Positions 1 to 12,399 of a DNA stretch of 32,936 nt are shown piece by piece. The stretch comes from Sphaeroforma arctica JP610. Its lineage: Eukaryota. The translations under genes and the position numbers were made by a program. Numbering within the stretch: position 1 is the first letter of the stretch; the number at the start of each line of letters is the position of its first letter. Under the pieces are notes generated by a model. The model saw only the letters and a program-made list of their open reading frames with translations. It was not told the DNA's origin and ran no database searches. The stretch covers positions 1-32,936 of the forward strand of contig NW_014039914.1 in NCBI RefSeq assembly GCF_001186125.1. The letters are read 5' to 3'.

Positions 1-440
1 CCACGTACATTCCCGTACAATGACCTAGAGAAAACGTAAATACGTATGAGAAAGTGTGAGAGAACGCGTAAGTGAATGACAACCAAGCCCCGCCAAACCC
101 ACCCACGTGCATTCCTGTACAGCTGAAGAAAACGTAAAAACGTATGAGAAAGTGAGAGAGAAAGAGTAAGTGAATGTGAATCACGCCCCACCAAAGTCAC
201 TCATGCGCATTCCCGTACAGTGACCTGAAGAAGACGTAACAACATGAAAAAGTGAGAGAGAAAACGTAAGTGTATGTGATCCACGCCCCACCAAACCCAC
301 CCTTGTGCATTCCCGTACAGCGACCTGAGGAAAACGTAAAAAACGTCTGAGAAGGTGAGAGAGAAAACGTAGGTAATGTGCATCACGACACCTAACTAAC
401 CCATGCCCAACCAACTACCCGTGCGCATTCCCATACAGCA
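1..440. repeat. Intronic ~100-bp imperfect tandem repeat
   Basis: The unit core CATTCCYGTACA...GAAAACGTAA recurs near 8, 110, 208 and 308, with a partial copy at about 427. Confidence 0.85.
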
Positions 441-450
441 ACCTGTAGAG

Positions 451-451
<1 letters not shown>

Positions 452-497
<46 letters not shown>
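452..497. repeat. (TA)n microsatellite
   Basis: Direct reading. Confidence 0.95.
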
Positions 498-498
<1 letters not shown>

Positions 499-589
499 AT
501 GTAATAGCATAAACAACATCTCTTTATGCCCTGCCAGAACCACTCGCGCATGCTACCCCACAAACTGTAACAACACACTGTCTACCTAC

Positions 590-719
590 CAAACCCAGCC
601 GTGATGTGGATGGTGAGGATGTCCTTCTTGGAGCGGTCTGGCTCTGTGGGGCTGCTGTCGTACTGTCCCAAAGTGCGCTGTATCTCCAACGAACACCACG
701 TCGACGCAAACGCAGCTTT
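590..719 (-). CDS. Soluble adenylyl cyclase-like (class III, ADCY10/sAC type) exon; the gene continues beyond the window start
   Basis: Acceptor gtgcag| and donor |gtaggt. Encodes KAAFASTWCSLEIQRTLGQYD...DILTIHITAGFG, matching the sAC C1 pattern CALEIQ...LxIHIGxGxG. Joins the 1810-1965 exon in phase 0. Confidence 0.85.
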
Positions 720-939
720 CTGCACGTCGAGCGAGTGCAGTGTGTAGTAGAAGGTGAGTGTGTGTGGCAATGGATGATTCCAAGTGTGTAAGGTATTGGG
801 TGAGTGTGTGTGGTAATGGATGATTCCGAGTGTGTGTATTCAGACAACCGATAGCCTATGAGAATGAATGAGAGCTCAGTGAAGATCGTGAGAACACATC
901 TTATGTATTCCTGTACTTGTGCTGGTAAGTGGACAAGGT

Positions 940-1060
940 GTGTATTTGCATGTATGTGTGTGTACATGTATGTGCATGTCTTTGTATATGCGAATATGTA
1001 TAAATAAATGTGTGTGCGCGTGTGTGTGTGTGTGTGTATGCGTGTATATGTGTGTGTATT
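940..1060. repeat. (TG)n / TGTA low-complexity tract
   Basis: Direct reading. Confidence 0.85.
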
Positions 1061-1434
1061 GGATCGCACTTCTCGCTTGACGACAAACAGCTCGTCACAT
1101 AGCTTGGTTTGCCACACACTTACGCATTACCATCACCTGGAGCACCATTCACAACTACCCTGGTACTAGAAGTCCATACACCGATATGTGAGCGAATTGA
1201 TAAGCATGAGGTGATGCGGTCGTGTTTTCCGTGTAGATGCTGCGTTTAGCTCTGAATTACGCTTGCTAGAGCCATCTTATAGAGCTACCAACGGTCCGAT
1301 GAGAATACACATCCTGCCTGTACACTTTTATACAACAAATCTAGGATGGAAAATAAGGCCACACAACATACATGTAGATAACATAGGCATACCGAAACGT
1401 AGACAACATGAGCGTAGATTCATATTGTCCTTAT

Positions 1435-1802
1435 ACATGTAGACAACACGAGTGTACCTACATGTAGACAGTACTTAACACGAGTGTACCAACACGTAGA
1501 CAGTAGTTAACACGAGTGTACCTTCATGTAGACAGTAGTTAACACGAGTGTAACTGCACATAATCAGTAGTTAACACGAGTGTACCTACATGTAGACAGT
1601 AGATAACACAGGTGTACCTACATGTAGACAGTAGTTAACACGAGTGTACCTACATGTAGACAGTAGTTAACATGAGTGTACCTACATGTAGACAGTAGTT
1701 AACACGAGTGTACCTACATGTAGACATTAGTTAACACGAGTGTACCTACATGTAGACAGTAGTTAGCACGAGTGCACCTACACGTAGACAGTCGTTAACA
1801 CG
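1435..1802. repeat. 32-bp minisatellite (ACACGAGTGTACCTACATGTAGACAGTAGTTA)
   Basis: About 11 imperfect tandem units. Confidence 0.9.
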
Positions 1803-1809
1803 CGAGCAC

Positions 1810-1965
1810 CTTCATATTGTCCATATACGTGCTCTGGCTCTGAGGCCCTTCCTTCTCTTCCACCAGCCACAGCGCAATCAACGCATCTCCCGCAAACGCC
1901 ACGATGTCGCCACCGTACTGGTGTATGCACATAATCAACTGACCGAAGTACGTGTTGAGATGGTT
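1810..1965 (-). CDS. sAC-like adenylyl cyclase exon (GGD..FAGDA motif)
   Basis: Splice sites ttttag| and |gtgctc. The 52 codons read NHLNTYFGQLIMCIHQYGGDIVAFAGDALIALW...MK and include the second metal-binding Asp. Not in the supplied ORF track. Confidence 0.92.
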
Positions 1966-2264
1966 CTAAAACAGGAGTGCAGGATGATAATACAACCATG
2001 ACATAAGTACACAAACGCACGGGATGAAGTGGTCGATGTAGCTTCCCAACGACAAACAGATGTGGTGAAAATGTTTTATCAGCAGGTTAGGTGTAGGTAA
2101 CTCATGTACCAAGTTCAAAAGGGACTGAAAGACTAAATACACTCCGAATATGCAGAGAGAACCGCTGAGCTCATACACATTCCGTGACCATGGACAAGCA
2201 CCAGTTACACGGCCACTGCAGCACACTGATGGCCTATGGGGGACACTTACGAACCTACACTTGT

Positions 2265-2820
2265 ACATATTTATAGACTTACTATTGACCTAAACAGATA
2301 CATGTTTATACACCTACTATTGACTTAAACATATACAAGTTATACACTTACTATTCACCTAAACATATACATAGTTATAAGCTTGCTATTAACCTATTTA
2401 TATATATATATAGCTATACACCTACTATTTACCTAAACATATACATATTTATATACTTTCTATTGACCTGAACCTATACAAGTTATACACTTACTATTCA
2501 CCTAAACATATACATAGTTATAAGCTTACTATTAACCTATTTATTTAAATATACAGTTATACACTTGCCATTTACCTAAACATATACACGTTATACACTT
2601 ACTATTGACCTAAACGTATACATAGTTATACACTTACTATTAACCTAAACTTATACAAAGTTATACGCTTACTATTAACCTATTTATATATACATAGTTA
2701 TTTACTTTCTATCAACCTAAACTTATACATAGTTATACGCTTACTATTCAACTAAACATATCCATAGTTATTAGCCTAAACACACACATAGTTATACACT
2801 TACTATCAACCTAAACATAC
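2265..2820. repeat. AT-rich ~33-bp degenerate minisatellite
   Basis: Recurrent TTATACACTTACTATT.ACCTAAAC.TATACA units. Confidence 0.85.
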
Positions 2821-2970
2821 ACAGTCATGTATGTGCAAGCAGAGATGCAATGGACCGAGCCTACACATATCTATGAACTATCAAATACTCACAGCAGAGA
2901 AGCCGTCCTGAACAGCTTGCATTCAACATTCAGATATAACGCGCAACTAATCACTACAGACAATGTATAC

Positions 2971-3108
2971 GCGAGTGTGAGTGTGGGTGTGAATGTGAGT
3001 GCGAGTGTGGGTGTGGGTGTGGGTGTGAGTGTGAATGTGAGTGTGAGTGCGAGTGTGAGTGTGAGTGTGAGTGTGAGTGTGAGTGTGAGTGTGAGTGTGA
3101 GTGTGTGA
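2971..3108. repeat. (GTGAGT)n microsatellite
   Basis: Direct reading. Confidence 0.9.
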
Positions 3109-3149
3109 GTATGAGTGTAAGTTTATGGGGTGGGGTGTAGACGACACAC

Positions 3150-3192
3150 CTGCAATTCCTCGATTCCGTCGTTTTTGGCGGCAAGTCGTGAA
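3150..3192 (-). CDS. sAC-like adenylyl cyclase small exon (43 bp)
   Basis: Pyrimidine tract + cag| and |gtgtgt. Reads (S)[14 protein letters not shown]. Its phases fit both neighbours and give the expected 'SGFTKLS..L....G.E.L...LN.YF' pattern. Confidence 0.8.
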
Positions 3193-3329
3193 CTGGAGAG
3201 AAAGAAGGGCACGAGACAGTCAATCGAATTACTAAAACAAGATATTGACAGATGCAAAGCTAGGCCGAAACCCAATCAACGAGTGCAATACAATACCACA
3301 AGCGGATGGCAATAGCCTTAACCCTTTCT

Positions 3330-3446
3330 ATTAGAAAACCATGCAACCACAACTGATCTATCAAAAAACCATGCAACAACAACTGATCTATTAAAAAACC
3401 ATGCAACAACAACTGATCTATTAAAAAACCATGCAACAACAACTGA
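3330..3446. repeat. 30-bp tandem repeat
   Basis: About 4 copies of AAAACCATGCAACAACAACTGATCTATTAA. Confidence 0.85.
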
Positions 3447-3477
3447 TGCTGTCCCTGAGCAAGTGGTTCTACACGGC

Positions 3478-3710
3478 TTAGTTAAGAAGCCGAATTCACC
3501 CTCGAACATAACTAGCTACTTGGTCACAATAACTCTTAGTTAAGAAGTCAAATTCACCTTCGAACATAACTAGGTACTTGGTCACAATAACTCTTAGTTC
3601 ATAAGCCGGATTCACCTTCGAACATAACTAGGTACTTGGTCACAATAACTCTTAATTCAGAAGCCGAATTCACCTTCGAACATATCTAGTTACTTGGTCA
3701 CAATAACTCT
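3478..3710. repeat. ~58-bp tandem repeat
   Basis: 4 copies of ...AAGCCGAATTCACCTTCGAACATAACTAG.TACTTGGTCACAATAACTCT... Confidence 0.88.
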
Positions 3711-3822
3711 GCTGATCGTATCGCGTGCCCGACAATCGAGATCAGCATGTGTCACCATCACAGAAGACGATACTCGCAAGCACGAGATAGTATGCCATCA
3801 TGCACAAACGTACCACAATCCA

Positions 3823-4180
3823 CGACCTAGGTGGTTGTTAATCACGCTTTACTGCAGATGACAAGACACCCTCAGTGCATGAATGACAAGACAACCTAGA
3901 ATGACAAGACAACCTCAAGTGCATGAATGACAAGACACCCTCAGTGCATGAAGCCATGACCTAGGTGGTTGTTAAACACGCTTTACTGCAGATGACAAGA
4001 CAACCTCAGTGCATGAATGACAAGACACCCTCCGTGCATGAATGACAAGACACCCTCCGTGCATGAATGACAAGACACCCTCCGTGCATGAATGACAAGA
4101 CACCCTCAGTGCATGAAGCCATGACCTAGGCGGTTGTTAAACACGCTTTACTGCAGAAGACAAGACAACCACCGTGCATG
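3823..4180. repeat. Nested tandem repeat (GAATGACAAGACACCCTC.GTGCAT units within a larger unit)
   Basis: GACCTAGGYGGTTGTTAA.CACGCTTTACTGCAGA recurs at about 3823, 3958 and 4123, each followed by shorter repeat units. Confidence 0.85.
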
Positions 4181-4463
4181 GCACACGCGTATACACACTT
4201 GACATCACATAGGTGAACGCGCACACCTCCTGAGCTTAACGGGTGCTCTAGTGATAAGATGTGAATCTGTACCAACACATGCCCATACGCAGATAACTGT
4301 GGTAGGCGCAATGGCACCTGAACATAGTCGGACATGCAATGTACACAATCCGTACATACACTGCACACTTGCACACATGCACACATCAGCATTCGCAACC
4401 AATCAGAGTTCGGATGTCTAGCCTATCTACCCGCATACACATACACGGAGAGGTTGTCCGTAC

Positions 4464-4608
4464 CTGAGTTTGGTAAAACCAGAGACATCCACCACAGATA
4501 TGACTCCCAAGAACTTGTCTTCGGCAATGCTGTCTGGTCGTTTGGGCAGACGCTTCAACCTCCTGAGCAGATACCGTGGCACGTACGAGGACAACACCCT
4601 CAGCTTGC
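4464..4608 (-). CDS. sAC-like adenylyl cyclase exon (DVSGFT motif)
   Basis: Splice sites cttcag| and |gtacgg. Reads KLRVLSSYVPRYLL...FLGVISVVDVSGFTKL, the class III cyclase D(I/V)SGFT motif with the first metal-binding Asp. Confidence 0.92.
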
Positions 4609-4715
4609 CTGAAGATACACCACACGCAGCAAAGAAGCAATGCACATGGACAGCACTGTCAGTAAGAGTTGGGTGCAAAGATACATGGGATAGCAACACA
4701 ATAGTGATCGCTACA

Positions 4716-4865
4716 TAAGCTTGTACGTACAAGCTCAACAGCCACAGATAACAACCGGTAAACACATTCACGTACAAGCTCAACAGCCACAGACAACAAC
4801 CGGTAAACACATCCACGTACAAGCTCAACAACAACAACCTGCAAATACATTCACGTACAAGCTCG
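4716..4865. repeat. ~45-bp tandem repeat
   Basis: CGTACAAGCTCAACA recurs at about 4726, 4771 and 4816, with a partial copy at about 4854. Confidence 0.75.
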
Positions 4866-4913
4866 TATGTAGCATAGCAGATGCACCTGCACACACCAAG
4901 GCATCGTACATAC

Positions 4914-5011
4914 CAAAGGGGTCCTTTATGCCAAAGCTGATATCGAAATTAGCCGAGTGCTGAGTGCTATCTACGGTGTTCACATTCATATGGCCCGTGC
5001 CTTGTGAGATT
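4914..5011 (-). CDS. Probable N-terminal exon of the sAC-like gene
   Basis: Splice sites ctgcag| and |gtatgt. Reads [32 protein letters not shown](G), and its phase-1 end joins the GC start of the 4464-4608 exon. A possible tiny start exon ATGTCCAG|gt at 5605-5612 is speculative. Confidence 0.6.
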
Positions 5012-5096
5012 CTGCAGACCCACGGCATGAGAGAGTGAGTAAGACATTGAAGTGTTGGTACAGCATTTCAGGTGTGTGATTGAGACGTTGGAGCTT

Positions 5097-5430
5097 AGTA
5101 CGACAATAGAGTGTTGTACGACAATAGAGTGTTGTACGACAACAGAGTCTTGTACGACAATAGAGTGCTGTACTTGTACGACAATAGAGTGTTGTACTTG
5201 TACGACAATAGAGTATTGTACGACAATAGAGTGCTGTACGACAATAGAGTGTTGTACGACAATAGAGTGTTGTACGACAATAGAGCGTTGTACGACAATA
5301 GAGCGTTGTACGACAATAGAGTGTTGTACGACAATAGAGTGTTGTACGACAATAGAGTGTTGTACGACAATAGAGTGTTGTACTTGTACGACAATAGAAT
5401 GTTGTACGACAATAGTGTTGTACGACAATA
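5097..5430. repeat. 18-bp minisatellite (GTACGACAATAGAGTGTT)
   Basis: About 17 units; explains the repetitive ORFs seen in all frames here. Confidence 0.95.
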
Positions 5431-5787
5431 TAATGTTGGTATGACATCTATAGCAATTGGATGTGATGTGATGAGTGTGCACCAAATGCTACTGACGTTC
5501 GTCCATTTCGCATTGTCTGTGTGTGATTGAAGGCTGTGTGGTGCACAATACCTTTGCAACCATGCCATTCATTTATATACTTGAACCTGTAAGTAGTTTG
5601 GTACCTGGACATTAGATCGGCACCATGCAATATCGTATGACTTGTGCCATGTAGAGTAGTGTGCAACTCCGCGTGTAGGGCCTTGTTAAGCAATAGGTAC
5701 TCAGAGGTGTTGTCCAGAAATCAGGACCAGCACAGGCCAATTATTTTGCCCAGCCTCTAAATGAAATTCAAGTAGGCTTTCTCCTTT

Positions 5788-6125
5788 ACAAACTCATGTA
5801 CACGCATGTATGGGCAGTACAAACTCAGTATACGCATGTATAGGCAGTACAAACTGAGATATATGCATGTATGGGCAGTACAAACTCAAATATACGCATG
5901 TATGGGTTGTACAAACTCAGATATACGCATGTATGGTTAGTACAAACTCAGATATACGCATGTATGGGTAGTACAAACTCAGATATACGCATGTATGGGC
6001 AGTACAAACTTAGATGTACACATGTATGGGCAGTACAAACTCAGATATACGCATGTATGGGCAGTACAAACTCAGATGTACACATGTATGGGCAGTACAA
6101 ACTCAGATATACGCATGTGTGGGTA
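5788..6125. repeat. 31-bp minisatellite (GTACAAACTCAGATATACGCATGTATGGGCA)
   Basis: About 10-11 tandem units. Confidence 0.93.
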
Positions 6126-6249
6126 GTAGAGAGGAGAAAAACACGCATAGGAAAACTACAGCTTTGACAGGGTCATGTGACAAACAAGATATTCACACCG
6201 CAGAGATACAACGGACACATCAGTGGGCACTAAACACGCAACAGGCGAC

Positions 6250-6446
6250 TAGTACAACACGCGCACAGATACGAAACAGATGCACACAAGAGCCTCCAAA
6301 CGACATTCAAGTACTCTTTCTTTTTTAGCACAACACGTGCACAGATACCAAACAGATACACACAAGAGCCTCCAGACGACATTCAAGTACTCTTTCTTTT
6401 TTAGCACAACACGTGCACAGATACCAAACAGATGCACACAAGAACC
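6250..6446. repeat. ~76-bp tandem repeat running into an assembly gap
   Basis: CACAACACGTGCACAGATACCAAACAGAT-like units near 6253, 6329 and 6405. Confidence 0.8.
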
Positions 6447-6947
6447 NNNNNNNNNNNNNNNNNNNNNNNNNNNNNNNNNNNNNNNNNNNNNNNNNNNNNN
6501 NNNNNNNNNNNNNNNNNNNNNNNNNNNNNNNNNNNNNNNNNNNNNNNNNNNNNNNNNNNNNNNNNNNNNNNNNNNNNNNNNNNNNNNNNNNNNNNNNNNN
6601 NNNNNNNNNNNNNNNNNNNNNNNNNNNNNNNNNNNNNNNNNNNNNNNNNNNNNNNNNNNNNNNNNNNNNNNNNNNNNNNNNNNNNNNNNNNNNNNNNNNN
6701 NNNNNNNNNNNNNNNNNNNNNNNNNNNNNNNNNNNNNNNNNNNNNNNNNNNNNNNNNNNNNNNNNNNNNNNNNNNNNNNNNNNNNNNNNNNNNNNNNNNN
6801 NNNNNNNNNNNNNNNNNNNNNNNNNNNNNNNNNNNNNNNNNNNNNNNNNNNNNNNNNNNNNNNNNNNNNNNNNNNNNNNNNNNNNNNNNNNNNNNNNNNN
6901 NNNNNNNNNNNNNNNNNNNNNNNNNNNNNNNNNNNNNNNNNNNNNNN
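6447..6947. other. Assembly gap (N run), followed by a (TA)n tract to about 7030
   Basis: N characters. Confidence 0.99.
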
Positions 6948-6982
<35 letters not shown>

Positions 6983-7136
6983 TATTATATATATATATAT
7001 ATATATATATATCTATATATATATATATAAACATGAATATGTATATCTATTGTTGAAAATCTGTCTGTTCTTGAACTGAAAACTGCTGACGATAGTATAA
7101 TGTAATTGGAAAAACACGCTGAACTGTGCAGATCCC

Positions 7137-7850
7137 TCAATGGCATTCAGTCTTGTAAAACTCGCGAACTTGCAAACACAGCGATATGCGATTCATACAA
7201 ATGGCGCTAAGGCGGAACACGCTTACGAACCACATGTCGTGAACTACTAGAATGGACATTTCTGTGTATGTACTAGCGCAACTTTGGTTGTGACTCAAGT
7301 CACTTAACAACGCGTTCAGGCCCCCATACATATTCAAAAAGCGTGTGTCTCTCATTGGTTCCCTGCACAAATATACCAAACATACGAGGTTAGTCGACCG
7401 TCAGCATCTGCTTTTTTAAACAACTCGTCGACAAACATGCCCGAGCTCGTCATTTTCACCAAACCATCACTCCTCAGTGATGCGGCACTGTTCGTGCTAG
7501 CCGTATTTAAACCCTCGGACTGGCCCACATCTGTATCATAGCCACTACTATAGCCGGCAGGGCGTGGTGCGGAGCTGTTTGAATTACTTGGTTTACCTAT
7601 TGCCTCGTTCTTGATCATTTCCGGTCTATTTCTTAACCTGGCGTCTGTTGGAGTAACCACTGTATCTTCTGCACCGCAATTCGCTACTACTGTAGATACG
7701 GGCGTGCTTGATGCCTGTGTGTGCACTTTGTGTGGCGCATCGGCCAGGGGCGTGTCTTTAAAACTACCAACATTCTCCACGGCATTGATCTCGCTGGATT
7801 TTTTGAGTGGTGAGGTCATCGGAAACAACGGTGCTAAACGTGCACTTCTC
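7137..7850 (-). pseudogene. Unidentified intronless coding-like segment, probably frameshifted near 7360-7380
   Basis: A 158-aa Ser/Thr-rich ORF (7352-7828) overlaps an 80-aa ORF (7137-7379). No motif recognised. Confidence 0.25.
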
Positions 7851-9290
7851 AGTTATTATTCAGTTGAGATTGGCGTTGTATAACTTTATCTAGACCGGAC
7901 CGAGCAAACCGTGTAACACTTTAGTGTTAGAGCGAATGCATCACTATCCTCTGCTCATTCAGGGAGCGGGTATGCTGGTCTTCAAACATTCGTTAATCAC
8001 ATACAAGCGCGATGGCCTTGATCTATCACATCCGCAAGGAACAGCAATTATCAGCTCGTGTCTATGTATGTGGATGGGATGATACAACGGAGATGATAAA
8101 GGGTGTGTGCATGGAATGTACTATAAGGTGTGTATTCAACTAGCTTTGTAGATGGAGAGCTGAATAAATATGATAAAATGATTCTTGGGATTTTTTGCGA
8201 TGTTTGCGACTTTTCCATTTTCGGGACTTTTAGCGCCACAAAGAAATTGAGATCTGAGATATTATCAATCCCTAAATTTGAAAATTTAGAACGGGAATGT
8301 GCCTTCCAAAGCTCCAAAGCTTTCACCACATATTTAGAATTCTATTGAATTCTGGCTTTCCAAAATTCAAACACGGAGTTATTTATAGATTCAGCTGATA
8401 AGCGGCATCTCGATATAAATACAAATAAATACCACCTCATCAACACTTTTCGGTCGTGCAACCATTCTTGGCCAACTGATCAACCCCATCATGGTTTGAA
8501 TACAGCACCAACTACTATTGGCCACACACTCCGCTCACGCAACGTCACCAAACACAATTTCTATGTGCTGTAGTCAGTGTACTGGCAAACCATACGGTTT
8601 TGAAAGTAGAATATAAGGGGAACTTCTGGCCGGCAACATCTATTTCTGCAGATATCCGCACACACACAACATCATCTGAAGAAAATCAACAGAAACTGTG
8701 GAGTAGACACTACTTCTTGCAAACCCGGTACCATACTTTTGAGTTTACAGCTTAATATATACCACACGGTAACACCAGCATATAGAAGTACCCATGAAAA
8801 AAAAGCCGACGATGTTATGACTCCATTGGTTGTCGAACAAGTTGCTCGTAACCCATACTATTGTTAAAATGACAGTAATTGTACGACAACTTGTTTCAAA
8901 ATCAGCTATAAAAGTAGACCTCGACAACACTGGTGCGTCAGATAGATACACTTAAGTTCATTCTGTTAGCGCTATGTACAGTTTTGCTGATCGCAAGTTC
9001 AATATCTAGAAACCACAACAAAATCGATCGTGACTATGACAGGTGGCGTCAGTGTGGATGTCGTAGATGTAGTTCTTAACGTAATCAGTTTATTAATAGG
9101 GATAATATTATTTATTTCAAAAATGGCAATAAATTATTAAAAGGTCTTTATGATGTTTTAGTTTTATTTGGTTATCTGTTGTTTTGTTTTTTAAACAAGA
9201 AATTATAAATAACGCCTCTTATTCATTTATATATATGCCCGAAAAAAATCTTTTTTATGGGTCGACCACGAATAAAACGTCGCCTAGTAG

Positions 9291-10346
9291 GCACATCCAC
9301 TTACCCCTCTGACGCAACCCGCCTGGGCCCACGATAAACCATCACTGCGCTTCCCGTACAGTATCTATGCTCACCTGAAAACTGTACACAAAACCACGGG
9401 CGGGCGTACACCCGACCATGTAGCCCTCCGCCAACGCTGTGACGACATCAGGAAGAACTCAACAAAACGTTGGTCCAACAAAGAGATCGCGGCAATGGCC
9501 CGGCGCCAATACTACTACCAACTGGTTATGGGTAAACCGCCAACCTCAAACCGAGACACAGCCAGACACGACAGCTTCAATCGCTGCTTCGAGTCTACAC
9601 CAATCCGGCTCTGTGCTATGATTGTAACGAATACGTACATGTTCACATTGCTCGACTACCGCACCGACGGCTGTCTCTGCCCTGTCTGCCCCGGTAGCCA
9701 CAAGTTCACTACCAGCCACTTTACCTGCATCCAACAACTGATTCGGCGCATCCTGGTAGGCCCGAAACTGCCGCCCATTGGCCCTGACCTCCTTCAGCAA
9801 TTACAGGAGTGCCACGACTTCCACGGTATCTGGACCCTCCACGAACACCTTGGATCTTTTCTCCAGCATGTTGAAGAACCACCGTACCCTCACCCGTCCC
9901 TGACACATCAACAGATGTTCCCCATATCGGTTCAAACCAAATCATCGCGCTTGTTGGTTCCGACTATGATACTTCCGATCCAGGCCAGTCAACACATACT
10001 GAATTCATCCGTGGTCTGGTGCGGCATTGGCTTACCCCCATCCTCGCTTCTCGACCGGATTATGACGGATAACCTGGTTCTTCTCGGCATTTCGTACTCT
10101 GCACTAACCCATTCCGCGGCACTACACGGCGCAGACCCGATCCGTACCACAGAAGTAGATACTCTACTTAGTAGGTCAGCAAGCGAATATATGGAACATT
10201 CGATAGTAACAGTATTTTGTCAACAACGGCCCGAATCGACTCAGCACATATCTTCCATTGTCGACTCACTTGGCCCAAGCTTCAAACGGGAATTTACTGA
10301 CCACTTCTTCCCATCAATCTTTCCTGAACCACTACAGCGACTATGA
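9291..10346 (+). mobile_element. Probable 3' fragment of a non-LTR retrotransposon ORF with a C-terminal CCHC-type zinc finger
   Basis: A GC-rich island with an abrupt left edge near 9260 and a stop-free frame of about 350 codons. It contains CPVCPGSHKFTTSHFTC (C-x2-C-x9-H-x2-C), similar to LINE post-RT knuckles, and AATAAA follows at about 10398. No RT motif is present. Confidence 0.35.
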
Positions 10347-12399
10347 GAGCCATACCATATGTTCATACATTGTATCATACATACTTGCCATTTTTGAAAT
10401 AAACAATATTATCCTTAGTAGGCTATGTCTAAAAATCAAACAGCTTCGATAAGCACTAAAGGCTCTTTGTCAGAGGAACTGACTCTATTATATTTATGTT
10501 GCTAATAAATATAACGTATTGTTTGTTTTGAAAAATAGTTTTTGTTTGCGATTCTAAACTCAGTTTGGTATCCCAAGCCCTTAGACAGGTTTTCCGAACC
10601 TATATTTTCGTCATCAACATGGTAGAAAATTATTCATGTTTTATAGGACGTGGCAGAAGTTTGGTTAGCAAATCTGCCGGATAGTCGTTAGTAGGCACAT
10701 ATTTAAAACAAAGAAATACAATAATTAGAAATCAATCAATTAACGAACTACAACATTGGTTAATTGGGTCAGCCGATTGATATTCATCTACTGCAATCGA
10801 TTAGTCAGAGAATGTGAATCATCGGTGTTATGCACAGCTGCGATTGGACACTCCAGCCAACCATTGCGTCGTGATACTTGCTGTTGTCTAAAATTGTTCA
10901 AAAAAAATAATTCACGTGTATCTTTCTGGTAGGTGTGGTCCATTAAAAGGGAGAAAAAGGCGATAAACGTTTTTCCAACACTATTACCTATTCTATGTGG
11001 AATAAATTTAGCACTGACCGCGTAGCACTAGTCTTTGTCTGAAGTTATAAATATCGCAGTATACTTTTATTTACAAACATTCAGACCTCTGATTCTGTAC
11101 ATTCTCCTATATAGGCTATGGCGGAATACTTGTTTTGGGATTTTTGGATGGTGCGTATGATACAGATAACCATATCAATCGTCATAACGTTACGAACATC
11201 TTGGCGCACTGCAAAAATAAAAATAAACTCCACACTGACAGTTTCACCTTTGAGTCGTGAAACTTCTTATTATCTACAGTTGCTTATATTCTTACCTATT
11301 TTAAGTGTATCTGATACTGATAGGGATAATATTATTCATTTCAACTTGGATAAAGTTTTATATGTCTACATGTACATCAGGCTTCATATTCGTTGGGATA
11401 GTGATACCTTCTTTTAAAAAAAGGAAAAAATAAATAATGAACATCATCTCAACCCTTTTCTATTCAGCTGACAAAGATTGTATCGCTCGTAAAAAAAATG
11501 ACCGCGTCGCATTACTCTCTACCTAACAATGATCATATCGTATTTGACTTCAATCCACGAAAATTTGAACTTCTGATCGCTCCAATTTTACGTAGATGAC
11601 ATCAAGTGACATATCAGTGAGAAGTTCTTGGCGCACTGCTCCAATGGAAACTTCTGTCAATTTCGTGTCTTTAGAGCTTGCATCTGCCCAGGATGGCGAC
11701 TCGTTTTCAGAAGCGAGACCATTTTAGTCCTCAATTCAAACAATTTCATTCAAAGTCGATTTGGTGCAGTTGTGTCGCATCAAAATATTACCGACAACGG
11801 TCGCGCCGCATTAGACTCAATATACAATCGTCAAATACATCCTCAGGATTTGTTCTACAATCTATTCATATATGATATGTTTAGTTTGCTTCAATAATCC
11901 TTAAACTGTGTTCCTATATTATTTTATACTGTTTTATTATTTGAAATAATGATTGCAAATTTTTTGCTTTATTTTTTTTCTGTACAACACGGCTTAAAAC
12001 AAATTAGAGGGACATTTTCAAGGGGTTGACGTTGACTTGGAGGTCTTAAGTCCCTTGTTCACTTTGGGAGCGTTGCTGGTGCTACTAATCCAAGATGTGG
12101 AGGCAATTCTTTTCACTATAGATACACTGGAATTACTGTTTGTACCCTACGCGTTCGCCGGCGACGCAGAAATCGTTTTCATCGTCGCTTTCATCTGTGG
12201 ACTCCTTTCAATAACCCATTGTGTCTGCTTGGTCTGATATATGTAGAAAATACGAAGAGGCTCGATTGTCTCAATATATATAACTTCACCTATCAATAGC
12301 AAACCATAAATTTGCTGGGTTGTTTTCGGAAAATAAGTACTTATAAACTTCGTCATAATGGTAGTTGGATTCGCTTACTCATCGACTTAATAAATTTTG

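Noticed and set aside
524..1119. His/Thr-rich 197-aa ORF and similar ORFs at 2827-3223
   Set aside because: They are translations of TG and GTGAGT microsatellites; the real coding parts are the short cyclase exons.
4200..4330. Additional cyclase exon
   Set aside because: No phase-compatible reading fits the family pattern, and the 3150-3192 exon already bridges the neighbouring exons.
4967..5568. Repetitive ORFs (YDNRVL, CCTTIE, VVQHSI) as repeat proteins
   Set aside because: They arise from an 18-bp minisatellite that is open in several frames on both strands.
1435..6125. Regular 18-58 bp repeats as CRISPR arrays
   Set aside because: The units are head-to-tail with no unique spacers, lie in or beside spliceosomal introns, and have no cas genes nearby.
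6249..7079. Long ORFs spanning the N run (also 24667-24973)
   Set aside because: Artefacts of assembly gaps.
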